Source: Naegleria gruberi
Taxonomy: Eukaryota
Assembly: GCA_000004985.1 (NCBI GenBank)
Contig: GG738880.1
Length of the DNA: 64,000 nucleotides
Strand: one strand, 5' to 3'
The notes beneath the pieces were generated by a model. It did not search any database. It saw only the letters and a program-made list of their open reading frames with translations, and was not told where the DNA came from. The translations under genes were made by a program, and so were the position numbers. Shown piece after piece: positions 54,097 to 64,000 of this stretch; positions within the stretch are counted from its first letter, which is position 1; each line of letters begins with the position of its first letter.

Positions 54097-56748
54097 ATGA
54101 CTGATACTGATCAACAACTTCCCTCATCATCAAACAATACAGGGGGTGAAGGTTTTACAAGTCCGGAAGATGAATTGGATTGGGGAACTCTTTGTTCTCC
54201 AAATGGTTTGGAACATGAATTGATGACTTATGCTCCTTTAAAAAAGCTTTTGAACACAATTATTAAGAAAGTTTCATCACAAGATAAAAAACTTAGCTCT
54301 GTTGATGATAAAGTCTCGGACGCTGCAAAGCAAGCTTTGGATGCAAATGAAAAAGCTAAAAAGCTGAAAAGTCAGATAGATGCTTCAGAGCAGGAAAAGA
54401 TGGGTGATAAGGAAACGAACGACCTAAATGCTAAAACAGAAGCAGAGAAACATGAAAAGAGGCATAAGGATTTAATGGACAAAATCGGTGATTTGGAAAA
54501 ACAATTACAAGATTTAAAGAAGCAAAATGAAGATTTAAAACATAAGAATTCAGAATCCGAAGACAAGTTAAAGAGATTAGTTGGAGATGCATTAAAGACA
54601 ATGCAAACAATGAGTCAAATACCTCCTCAACCAACAAACACTAGTTCAGATGATGAAAAAAGAAACATTACAAGTAGTTCCAACAGAAGACCATTTACTC
54701 CAGAAGAGAACAAGAGAAACATTCAAGATGTTGAGGTGTTTAGTACCCCTGAGGTTGAAAAAACTGTACAACTCTACAAACCAGCAGATGATGAAGATAA
54801 TAGTACTTTGCAATCAGTGATTTTGTCTCTTCCAAAACATGGTAAGGTAACCCAATTTGATGACGAGGCTTCACCAACAGATGACATGTCAAATACTGAT
54901 ACTAATACTTCCAACAAACCAAAGAGTAGACCTACCTCTACAGCATCAGGTAAAAGAGGAAAAGATCTCAAAGATAGCAAGGAAAGACCTCCATCATCAC
55001 CTCAAAAGAAGATTAACTTTGCTCCAGCAGCTGTCACAGATCCTAATCATAGAATTAATTTTTCAGCAGACACTCAAACAGAAGGTGTTGTTGATCCATT
55101 CAAGTACAATGTTTATGATGTTAAAAATGATTTGGATAGAGCTCAAGTTTCTAGGGTAAAGGGAGTGTTATTGTCACAACTAAATGATTTGCAAAGAGAA
55201 TTGGATGATGCAAAGAAGAAGGAAAAGGATGATGTTGATTTGCTTTTGGATCAAATTCTAGGTATCAAAAATCAAGTCAATTCTATTAACAAAAAACTGG
55301 ACTTGGCTCAAAAATTAAAGGGACAAGATAAGAATACATCCACCGATAATCTTTATGAAGAAGGCTTGCTTGACGTTCAATTAGATGAAGGTAAAAATGT
55401 TAAAGTATTCATTCCACCAAAAACTGAAGAATTGGATTCATCAGTTACTGATTCAATTAATGAATTACTTGGAAAGATTGATTACTTGGAAAATAGGTTA
55501 GCTGATGCAACAAGGAGAATCGACGATTTGGAAAATAGACCTCAACCAGCCTTTTTTGATGACCACGAAGAATTAGAGAAACCAGAAAAATCAAATACAC
55601 CTTTCATGAATACAAGGGAAACAGTGGATGCATCAACCTCTCCATTCCAAAAGAAAAAGGAAGATACTGACAACCGAACAGGCACTCCTTCCGAAAGACC
55701 TGAATCAAGCAGTGATGATTTTGTTAGCAATAAGGACTTGAAGAAACTGGAGAAGAAGCTCATGTATTACATTACAACACATGATATGTCCAATGATTTG
55801 AATAATCAAATTCAAGAGCTAATCAAGCAATTAGAGTCAGTAGAAGATAGACTTGCTCAGAAATGTGACATCGCTTCCACTCCGAATCATCAACAATTTA
55901 AAGACATTGAAGACATGGTTTTGAAAAAGGCAGACAGAGAGGAAGTACATAACATGATTGAAAAGCTTAAGAATGATTCTGACAAACAACCAACCATCGT
56001 TCAAAGACCATTCTCTCCACAAGAGGACAGAAACCCATCTTCACCGAACACTAAGGTTGAATCATCAGGAATTGATCAAGCTGATTTGAAGAAGATTAAG
56101 GATGCTTTGAACAATTTATCTTCTCAACTCTCACAACTTTCCAAGATGAAAGCAGACAAGATAGATGTATTTAAAGAACTTAGTGAGAAGAAGGAACAAA
56201 TTGATAGACTGGATCAAACCAAGTCAGATGCAAATATTGTTGCCAGAAAGGCTGAAAGAGAATATGTTGATTCATTATTTAACAAGTTGAAGAAGGACTT
56301 GGAAAACTCAATTTCCATGACCAATACTCACACAGCAGACCTTTTGGCAAAAGATCTCGAATTCCTGAAAAGGTTGATCGAAGATAAGGCTGATAGCGAT
56401 GAAATAAGAAGGATTAAGGAATACCTAAACCAAGCATTTGATAACAAGACTGAAAAGGATGGAGATGGCCTTGCATCTAGTCAAGCTTTCAAATGTCTCT
56501 CATGTAATAGAGCATTGAAAGGAATGAAGATGAGACCACAATCTCTTAACTTTGATAATTTTATCAGTCACTTACCACCTCCAAAACAAAAAGTCAATCC
56601 AAGAAAACAATTTTTGAATGACTCTCTGACAAAATCGTCTGTTCAAATTCCTTCCTCAATACTAGATGATGGAAGAAAGAATAGGTCTGCAGCAGAACAT
56701 TTACCAGAACTTAAAAAGTCTGGAACTGCTGCTAGTAGTAATTTGTAA
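54097..56748 (+). CDS. hypothetical large coiled-coil protein
   Basis: About 884 aa, predominantly heptad-repeat K/E/D/L-rich segments; C-terminal FKCLSCNRALKGMK could be a small zinc-ribbon; no enzymatic domain. Confidence 0.55.
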   Translation: MTDTDQQLPSSSNNTGGEGFTSPEDELDWGTLCSPNGLEHELMTYAPLKKLLNTIIKKVSSQDKKLSSVDDKVSDAAKQALDANEKAKKLKSQIDASEQEKMGDKETNDLNAKTEAEKHEKRHKDLMDKIGDLEKQLQDLKKQNEDLKHKNSESEDKLKRLVGDALKTMQTMSQIPPQPTNTSSDDEKRNITSSSNRRPFTPEENKRNIQDVEVFSTPEVEKTVQLYKPADDEDNSTLQSVILSLPKHGKVTQFDDEASPTDDMSNTDTNTSNKPKSRPTSTASGKRGKDLKDSKERPPSSPQKKINFAPAAVTDPNHRINFSADTQTEGVVDPFKYNVYDVKNDLDRAQVSRVKGVLLSQLNDLQRELDDAKKKEKDDVDLLLDQILGIKNQVNSINKKLDLAQKLKGQDKNTSTDNLYEEGLLDVQLDEGKNVKVFIPPKTEELDSSVTDSINELLGKIDYLENRLADATRRIDDLENRPQPAFFDDHEELEKPEKSNTPFMNTRETVDASTSPFQKKKEDTDNRTGTPSERPESSSDDFVSNKDLKKLEKKLMYYITTHDMSNDLNNQIQELIKQLESVEDRLAQKCDIASTPNHQQFKDIEDMVLKKADREEVHNMIEKLKNDSDKQPTIVQRPFSPQEDRNPSSPNTKVESSGIDQADLKKIKDALNNLSSQLSQLSKMKADKIDVFKELSEKKEQIDRLDQTKSDANIVARKAEREYVDSLFNKLKKDLENSISMTNTHTADLLAKDLEFLKRLIEDKADSDEIRRIKEYLNQAFDNKTEKDGDGLASSQAFKCLSCNRALKGMKMRPQSLNFDNFISHLPPPKQKVNPRKQFLNDSLTKSSVQIPSSILDDGRKNRSAAEHLPELKKSGTAASSNL

Positions 56749-56949
56749 ATAAAATCTCTAAGTATTGAATTATTATTTACGGCAGAGTCAATGATGAAAT
56801 GAATCACATTAAGATGGCTAGAAATAAAATTTACAGAAAAGGGAAAATTAGGGGCAAAGGTAGGTATGGTTTAATTTACAAATTCATTACATTACAGATT
56901 AATTACACAAGTCCTCAAAATACATTTCCGAGGAGTTTCAATAATAAAT

Positions 56950-57414
56950 CTACTTCTTTAAATTTTCTTTGATTAATTGTTTTAAATTTTGTAATTCTTG
57001 TTGTACTTCCAGTCTTCCTTTTCTTTCTTCGTCTAAACTCTTTTCAAGCATTTCTATTTTTTTCTTACTCTCTTCATCTAATGCACTCCTGTTGGACCTA
57101 TTGGACAAATTGGAGCGTTGAGAATTGATTGAATTATTCGATTTATAGGACTTTACCGAAGATCTAGTGGAGAACATTTCATCTTCATCTTGTTGGGATC
57201 GCTGAGAGAAGTCACCACCATTCTTTTTTCTATCTACAGGGGATAACAAATGTGGAAGTCCTTGGGATTTAAATCCTGGAGGAACATTTGAAGGAGCCTT
57301 AGAATTATTCATTTCTCTTGCCAAAACATAAGAATTAATAAAACTGAGAGCAGCCTTATCCTCGTGAACGCATCTTTCCTTCCATGCTTGAGCTTCTCTA
57401 ATATGATTCGACAT
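56950..57414 (-). CDS. hypothetical small coiled-coil protein
   Basis: 154-aa ORF with ATG; N-terminal MSNHIREAQAWKERCVHEDKAALSFINSY; C-terminal coiled coil. Confidence 0.35.
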   Translation of the reverse strand: MSNHIREAQAWKERCVHEDKAALSFINSYVLAREMNNSKAPSNVPPGFKSQGLPHLLSPVDRKKNGGDFSQRSQQDEDEMFSTRSSVKSYKSNNSINSQRSNLSNRSNRSALDEESKKKIEMLEKSLDEERKGRLEVQQELQNLKQLIKENLKK

Positions 57415-58233
57415 TGTTTTCTATTCCGTAGTGCTACTGCAATATAATAAATTAAAGAATTTGTGTCAGCTCAATGAGAGAGGTTGAAAAAACAATTGTT
57501 GTTATTTTTTTTGAGTTGTTCATGAAGCCAAGCTGTAGATGCCTTCTAAAAGAGAAGTCATTCAAGCGAGCGAGCCACACACTGCAAGAGACAAAAATAA
57601 TAGAACATCACAACCACTTGAATGTTGCTTCTCGCAACAACGAGAGTTGATTTTTGCCTGACTCATCTCAATCCATTAAAGGCTTCGTTGATTGCCTACT
57701 GGAGTGGAGTTCCATAGAGTCAATTAACATTGAAGGCTCCGTAAGAGAGATATTATTTGACCACCAGAGAATGGTATTGTCTCTATTAATTGATGATATA
57801 AAGTTGATGGATGTTGGTGTTTACAAAATATCTCATAACAATATAGATTATTAGATTTGTAATATAAATTACACTTGAAGGAGAGTATTGAATGGTGAAA
57901 TGAATGGCTTATTTTGGATACTGATCAATGTATTCAAATATGGACAAGAGTTTTTTCTTTTATGAATTGTTGCAGAGTTTTAAACATTTCACAATTCAGA
58001 TAATGAAAATCAAGCTATGGTTATTTAAATTGTTGTAATCTTGGGACTGTTGCTATCCACTTAAAGATTACCTCTAAAAAGGAACAAGTCCTCCAATAGC
58101 AACTAACCAAGTAGTTCCTGTGCTATCTTCGAGAATGTATATATATTCGAAAGGAAGTAAGTGTGATGTTACCAAATCGATTAACCTTCCGTCTTTAGAT
58201 GGTTCCCTCATTGAGTTCATTCAAAACAAAAAA

Positions 58234-61200
58234 ATGTCTAATCCACTCAATTCATTTCGAATGGGAACTCAATCATCACCAACAACTGCACAAAAAACCA
58301 ATACTGTGAATATGCTAAGTGAGAATGAACAATTTCCTGTGGAGATTAACACTGCCTCAGAAATTGAGAGTTCTACCTTCAAAAGTCAATCAGAAGCAAG
58401 TCCTACTGCAAATGAACAATCTCCCTCTACAGTTTCTAAACTCAAAAGCTTTTTCAAAAAGAGAAGACACTCCACACCCAATAATTCTACGTTAACCACT
58501 GAAGAACCAAGCATTAATAATCGTACTAGTAGTGAACAAACTCCAACCTCACCAGCATTCACATTTCAAAACGATAAACTCTCACTCCATGTAACTTTCA
58601 AAGAGGATCACAACAAGCAGAATAGAATTCGCTCATCACCAGTTCCTTTGTCAACCCTCAATGCAATTTTAGCTTCAAACCCTCTCGATGAAGCATTTGA
58701 GAATCTGCAAGGAGAGAAATCCTCTCCCAACGATAATAAGGCAAAGAGTAAAAAACCGCGGCATAACTACAGTAAATTCTCCAGGAGGAAGAAGAAACAT
58801 CACCTCAATCAAGAAGGGGAAGGAATGAATGATACTAATACTCTTATGGAACCTCCTACTACGTAGTAATTTAATAATCAGTAGTGGCGCACAGAATTGT
58901 CGAACAGCCGATCCATTATTTGAGGACATGCTTCGAAATCCGACCCAAGTATCTTCTTCAGCCACCAGCAACGACACTTCATTTGCCTCTAATTTAAAAA
59001 AAACAGAACCTCCAACTTCAACAGCTATTGTTCCCAACAATAATACATCACCACTCCATCAAGGCGATCAGTGTATCAATTTCGGAGCAGCAACAACAAA
59101 CAATATAGTAAATTGTACTACAACAACAAATTTGAGAGGAGGAACTCAACAAACAATTGCGATGGCAATGGATAAAGTTGAACCTGTTTCAAGTGGTTTT
59201 GGTGTTGGATTGGTTGATACGGAAAATTTTGTAAATACAAAACAAGTTGGCAATCAGAGAATGATTTCGACAACCACCTCTCCTGTGGTTATTAAAAAAG
59301 AAGGAACCAAACAATTAGATAACATGATTGAGGATTTTCTATTAACTAAAAGTTCAAGTTCGACTGCTCATGACGAAATTACTCCAAATAGAAATGCAAT
59401 TATTGAAGAAGAGGAAAGTAGTGATGAGGATTATAGTGACGAGGATAACAGTGACCATAGCGATGAAGAATCTAATGAAGAAGAAGAAAGATCTTCAGAA
59501 TCTGAAGATCTTGAGGAAACAAAACCAAATTTAGATACTAGTACGTTGAGTCAAACAAATAATGAGAATCAAGCAGGAACTGATGTAGATGATCCTCTAG
59601 CTGTTAAAACAATGATTTCACCTCAAGATTTACAAACCATTTCATATGAGGTAAATGAGAAATTGAATGAATCTGTACAAAAAGAATTCGATCTCAGTAA
59701 GGAGGAACAAGTATTGGATTCATTCTTGTGTGCCTACTATGAAAGCAAAATGCCTCAACAAGGTAAAATGTACATTACTCAAAATTACATTTGTTTTTCA
59801 TCCAATATTTTTGGGTATAAGATTTGTGTAAGTATTTGGAAAGTAGATTAGTAATTAATTATTATCAAATTATTATCAGTTAGTTATTTCTTTCAGTGAT
59901 GTTAAAAGCATTGAAAAAAAGATGACAGCAATGATAATTCCTAACGCTATTGAGATTTTCCTTAAAGATGGTTCTTCACACTTTTTTGGATCGTTTGTAT
60001 TCAGAGATAATGTTTACAAGGTTTTACTTGCCCTTTATTCATTGCATGCAAAGGCAAGAGGAAACATTTTAATAAGTCTTCGATCAGCTAATAATGTCTT
60101 GCAAGCTGTTAATACTCCTAACATCAAACCACCAAATCTCACTACCGATTCTTCCTATGTCACTGAAGAGGATGACAATGAAGATGAGGAAGAAGAGTTA
60201 GAAACTGAAGATGAAACTGAAGAAGAAGATGAAAGCGAAGAAGAAGAGAATACCTCCGAGAGTGATGAGCCAATTGTAATCAATAAGGTTACAAATATTC
60301 CAGTCGAATCTATGGCAAAAGGTGCTGCCGATACCAACCAATCCCAACCAAAAGCTAATGGAGAGGCCTCAAAGAGCAAAGCTAATAATGGAGGTGAGGA
60401 AAAAGAAAATGGAAATCAAACTAATGGAAATAATGAAGAAAAGAGAGCAAATGATAACTCAGAAAATAATAATGGCAACAATAATGGAAACAACCCAAAC
60501 AATAATCAAAACAATGCTCCGAATGGAAATGGAGAAGAGCAAGAAGAAGAGGAAGAAGAAGAAGAATGTCAGCTGCCAGAAGAGGAAGAGAAAATAACTG
60601 GAATTAATGATCTTCCTGGTGGTGAATTCTTTGCTGATCCAGACAAATTCAAACCAAAAGAAATTGCCGCAGAAGTACTTCCAGTCAGTATTTTTGATGC
60701 TTGGTTCTTGCTTAAATCAGATAATACCAACTTCCAACTCGAACATCACAAGTCCAGAGAAGAAACAAGTGTACAATATTCTTCATATGTTAAACTTGCT
60801 GGTTCTCCTGGCTTGATGAGAAAGGTGGCCTTCATAGCCAAAGTTAATAACTCCCTTGGGCCAAAGAGTACTAGAATTGAATGCGTAGAAAGAGCTGTTC
60901 TCTGTAAAGGAAAGAAGAGAATAATCAACCAAACCTCATCTAGTAGTTTAGATGTTCCATTCAGTGATACATTCAAAATTCAAAACTATTGGATTTTCGA
61001 GGATATCGATGGAAAGTCTTGCACTCTTAAAATCTATAGTGGAGTTCACTTTTTGAAATCATCCCTCCTTAGATGGAAAATTGAAGATGCTGGTGATAAG
61101 GAATCAAAACAGGCCTTAACTGTTTGGTTAGCTCAAGCTAAGGAAGCTGTTGCTAATGCCAAATCAGCTGGTAATTTGCATTCCCTCAAAAAGGGAAAGC

Positions 61201-61763
61201 CTCGTAAAAAGAAGGCAACTACCAAAGATACAAAGAAACGATCAAAGAGAAAGACTTCAGAAGTTAAACCACAGGCTACTGCCGTCGCTTTTGCAACTGA
61301 AAATCCTTTTGCAAGTACATCTGCTCCAGCACCTGAGATTGAATTAGATTTAATGACTAAGACTCTCAATTTTGTGTTTGGAATACCAGGGTATCTTTCT
61401 GCTAACATCACTTTACCTGCCTGGCTGTTACTAACTGTTATAATAGCCTTATTATTCTTACTATTTTCGCAGCAATATACAATCATACAGACAATGAAAC
61501 AAGTAGAATATAATGTACAGACCTACAAACAACAGACAATACTTTTCGAACAAGAACTTAATCATTTGGTATTCAATTTAGCTAATGTTAATGCAACAGC
61601 ATTGTCAGAAAACAGTCAGAACCTACAAAATCAAATAGCTAATTGGTTGACTGCAAGGAATGAGCTCTATAAGATGCATATAGACAATGACTTGCTGCAT
61701 TCATTACTGTATGAGTTATCTGAAATTAAGAAAATTATGCACAAAAAAGATGGGAATGGTTGA
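58234..61763 (+). CDS. GRAM plus VASt domain sterol-transfer protein (LAM/GRAMD1/Aster-like), tail-anchored
   Basis: Built from track ORFs 58120..58866, 58829..59851 and 59922..61763. GRAM domain FLCAYYESKMPQQGKMYITQNYICFSSNIFGYKIC | LVISFSDVKSIEKKMTAMIIPNAIEIFLKDGSSHFFGSFVFRDNVY is split by a 52-nt intron 59828..59879 (GTAAGT..CAG). Acidic tract. VASt domain (FFADPDKFKPKEIAAEVLPVSIFDAWFLL...NYWIFEDIDGKSCTLKIYSGVHFLKSS). C-terminal TM LPAWLLLTVIIALLFLLF. The junction between the first two ORFs (about 58770..58910) is unresolved. Confidence 0.7.
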
Positions 61764-61785
61764 ATAAACGACTAAGCAATGAGTT

Positions 61786-62847
61786 TTATCCAGTCTTTTT
61801 GTGTTCCTTATGCTTTTGATAGGAAACAAATATATCATACATTAAACCAATGAAAACAATAAGAACACCAGACCATTGAACGCCAGACATGTGGTGACCA
61901 AAAGTGAAAACAGACCACAAAATGGTAAAGAATTTTCTGGTTGTTGTAATGATAGAGAGCTCAAGAGTTCCAAAACTTGCAATGCACCAAAAGATGAAAA
62001 TTTGTCCAAGAGCCATAGTAATACAGAAGATGGCAATATGTTGAATAATCTCTGGATGATTCATACAGAATTCAACTGCTGGGAAGAATTGACCAGTATA
62101 AAACATAGCAATACCAACAAAAATACTGGCATATAAATTCATATTAAGCATCAAGTCATCACTTGTTGGCTTATGTTCCAATGTTCTCATAAGATCTTGA
62201 ATAGAGTTTGTGAAACCATCAGCTGCCAATGAGACAATCAATAATAATAATCCGTAAGTGTTGTTCTCATTTTCACTGTCTTCCTTGTGCTTATGTCCAA
62301 ATCTATCAATCATAAATACTGAAATACCAACTGTTGTCATGAGGACAGCAACAATTCTTGAGAAGGAATATTGTTTTTTAGCAACTAGCATACCCATAAT
62401 CATAACTGGAATCATTTTACAAGATTTAGCCAAAACTTGAGTTGGGTAATTAACATAAATTAAAGCAGCATTACTTGAACTAGAGGCAATAACGTATGCC
62501 AATGAAGCTCCAATATAATAATATCTTGGAACAACACTCTTTCTTCCACGTTCACTAGGGTATAACCTAAGTTTACCAAAAGCAGTAATATAATTTAAAA
62601 CACATTGTAAAAACACCAAAAATAGAGGAAAGTTAAAATAACTATCACCGTAAGGTCTTCTAGTAATTTGCTCTTGATAGGATGACATGGCCATAAAAGT
62701 GGCATAAATACCAACTACAACTTGAATCAACTCAAAAGATGACTTGAGGAAAGACTTGTGATGATCGGAACGATTATGTGCTGTATTTGGACTCTTTCCA
62801 GTCTCCACATCTTCTTGGTTCATTGATTGAGCAAAATGTCCTTCCAT
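61786..62847 (-). CDS. nucleotide-sugar/PAPS transporter of the SLC35B (UAA/HUT1) family
   Basis: Track ORF 61786..62862; first ATG at 62847 (MEGHF...); about 10 TM helices; C-terminal KHKEHKKTG is a di-lysine ER-retrieval-like tail typical of SLC35B members; family assignment is moderately confident. Confidence 0.6.
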   Translation of the reverse strand: MEGHFAQSMNQEDVETGKSPNTAHNRSDHHKSFLKSSFELIQVVVGIYATFMAMSSYQEQITRRPYGDSYFNFPLFLVFLQCVLNYITAFGKLRLYPSERGRKSVVPRYYYIGASLAYVIASSSSNAALIYVNYPTQVLAKSCKMIPVMIMGMLVAKKQYSFSRIVAVLMTTVGISVFMIDRFGHKHKEDSENENNTYGLLLLIVSLAADGFTNSIQDLMRTLEHKPTSDDLMLNMNLYASIFVGIAMFYTGQFFPAVEFCMNHPEIIQHIAIFCITMALGQIFIFWCIASFGTLELSIITTTRKFFTILWSVFTFGHHMSGVQWSGVLIVFIGLMYDIFVSYQKHKEHKKTG

Positions 62848-63465
62848 CGGAAAGTTTGCCACAGAAACACTTCTCGGTAATTCCTCATCATCAAAATTTA
62901 CTATTATTCATACAAAAAATTAAAACAACATTTATAATGATTATAATCATCCCCACATTACAATAAACCTACCATTTGTATATTCCGTATTGTTATCGAC
63001 TCGTTGTGTTTGTTGCGTGTGTCTTTTATTTATACCAACATGATTCACTCGTTGTTGCATTTTTTTTTTCGGAATGTTTTGATAATTGATGTTTTCTTCT
63101 TGCTGTTTTGCGCACGTGTCTTTTTTCATACCAAATTTTAAAGCCATTTTCTGTTATGTTAAGAGGAAGAGCCATTTAGGTGATATGAATGAGTGAGGAA
63201 TTGATTTGGTGGATATGGATTGACTTGAAAATGGTTCTGTTTCGAATAATAAACGAATTGATAAAGAGTAAACTTTATTGAGTGAATGAGAAATATTAAA
63301 TAGGCAAGGAATGAAGAACCTTGATCATTTGAATCCTAACACTTGTTGGACAATTGCATGAATTGATATAGAAACTGATCCATAGTACAATTACCACCTT
63401 AATCAAATGAGTGACTCTAGTCTCTAGAATATTTGAATGGCTGGTTCAAGGCGATGCAATTCCAA

Positions 63466-63476
63466 TGGAAGTTCCG
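63466..63476. promoter_or_regulatory. palindromic TGGAAGTTCCG element in the Hsp20 promoter (candidate heat-shock-type element)
   Basis: A perfect GGAAnTTCC palindrome about 240 nt upstream of the copy B ATG; the same element (CGGAACTTCCA, 18331..18341) sits about 232 nt upstream of copy A. The spacing is GAAnTTC, not canonical GAAnnTTC, so function is uncertain. Confidence 0.2.
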
Positions 63477-63715
63477 TAAAAAGCACAATCGGAATCGAGA
63501 TCACAACATGTTGGAAACCATTTTTGAATGCAAGCTAAATTTGTTTGTATTGTAAACGGAATTACAAAATTTTAATTTTAAAATTTCCAAAAAAGTTTCC
63601 TCGGAATTTGAGATACAGGACTATAAATTCAATCACAACACTCTAATCCTTATTTTACACAACAAAAAAAACAAATAATACACAATCACTACTGCAAAAC
63701 AAGCAATATCTGAAA

Positions 63716-64000
63716 ATGAGCTCCAACAATCATCACAATAATAAGCAATTGGCCAGACAACACAGAACCAATAATTGGGTTGATACTTTCTTTGATGATC
63801 CATTCTTGAGAGCATTTGATAGATTTGATGATAGATTAGTTCCTGAATTTAAACCAACTACTGATGTTTCTGAAACTGCAAATGAAGTTAAAATTGTTTG
63901 TAATGTTCCTGGTATGACAAAGGATGATTTAAAGATTGATATTGATGAAGAGCATAGAACCATGACTGTCAGTGGTCATGTTGAAAAGGAAAAGAAGGAA
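63716..64000 (+). CDS. small heat shock protein (Hsp20 family), copy B; 3' end runs off the window
   Basis: MSSNNHHNNKQLARQHRTNNWVDTFFDDPFLRAFDRFDDRLVPEFKPTTDVSETANEVKIVCNVPGMTKDDLKIDIDEEHRTMTVSGHVEKEKKE is identical to copy A except T to A at one residue; TATAAA at 63632..63637. Confidence 0.85.
   Translation, partial: MSSNNHHNNKQLARQHRTNNWVDTFFDDPFLRAFDRFDDRLVPEFKPTTDVSETANEVKIVCNVPGMTKDDLKIDIDEEHRTMTVSGHVEKEKKE

Larger units (their letters stand above)
63400..64000. repeat. arm B of the inverted duplication (runs off the window end)
   Basis: See arm A; the window ends inside this copy, so the true repeat length is unknown. Confidence 0.8.

Noticed and set aside
63461-63476. Canonical heat shock element (nGAAnnTTCn x3) in the Hsp20 promoters
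   Set aside because: Only a GAAnTTC palindrome with 1-nt spacing is present, and no three-unit alternating array. It is kept only as a low-confidence candidate motif.
1-64000. Prokaryotic features (operons, CRISPR arrays, Rho-independent terminators, IS elements)
   Set aside because: The sequence is eukaryotic: spliceosomal introns, TATA boxes, signal peptides and presequences, and monocistronic genes on both strands. No direct-repeat/spacer arrays or IS-like ORFs were seen.

Overview
This window looks like AT-rich nuclear DNA from a compact, intron-bearing eukaryote. Genes lie on both strands about every 1.2-1.8 kb. Introns are short (about 37-91 nt), with GT..AG boundaries and GTAAGT/GTATGT/GTAGGT/GTTAGT donors; many of them interrupt the ORFs in the supplied track, so I rebuilt the gene models by hand. 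TAA, TAG and TGA all serve as stops. Proteins often carry N/Q/S-rich low-complexity tracts. I cannot name the organism. The gene content points to a flagellated protist-like or early-branching lineage: an aTAT1/MEC-17 tubulin acetyltransferase, a multi-exon kinesin, GnT-I (MGAT1), the complex I assembly factors NDUFAF5 and NDUFAF7, an organellar SPF-type RF2, ATP11, mitochondrial Fmt, a TRIAP1/Mdm35-like protein and a Tim21-like protein. I call about 40 protein-coding genes, one tRNA-Thr(AGU) and two repeat structures. The findings I rate highest are: (1) a roughly 1,580-aa receptor that combines a signal peptide, an NHL-type beta-propeller ectodomain, a canonical GPS (GAIN) motif, seven transmembrane helices and a C-terminal RGS domain; (2) a bacterial-type secreted SH3b plus GH108 muramidase gene that carries a spliceosomal intron, next to a tRNA and a bacterial-like short-chain dehydrogenase; (3) two near-identical small heat shock protein (Hsp20) genes in inverted orientation about 45 kb apart at either end of the window, with a shared promoter; (4) a 31-bp perfect inverted repeat (hairpin) at the 3' end of an AIF-like oxidoreductase gene; (5) an organellar release factor of the RF2 (SPF) type. 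No CRISPR arrays, rRNA genes or obvious transposons were seen.
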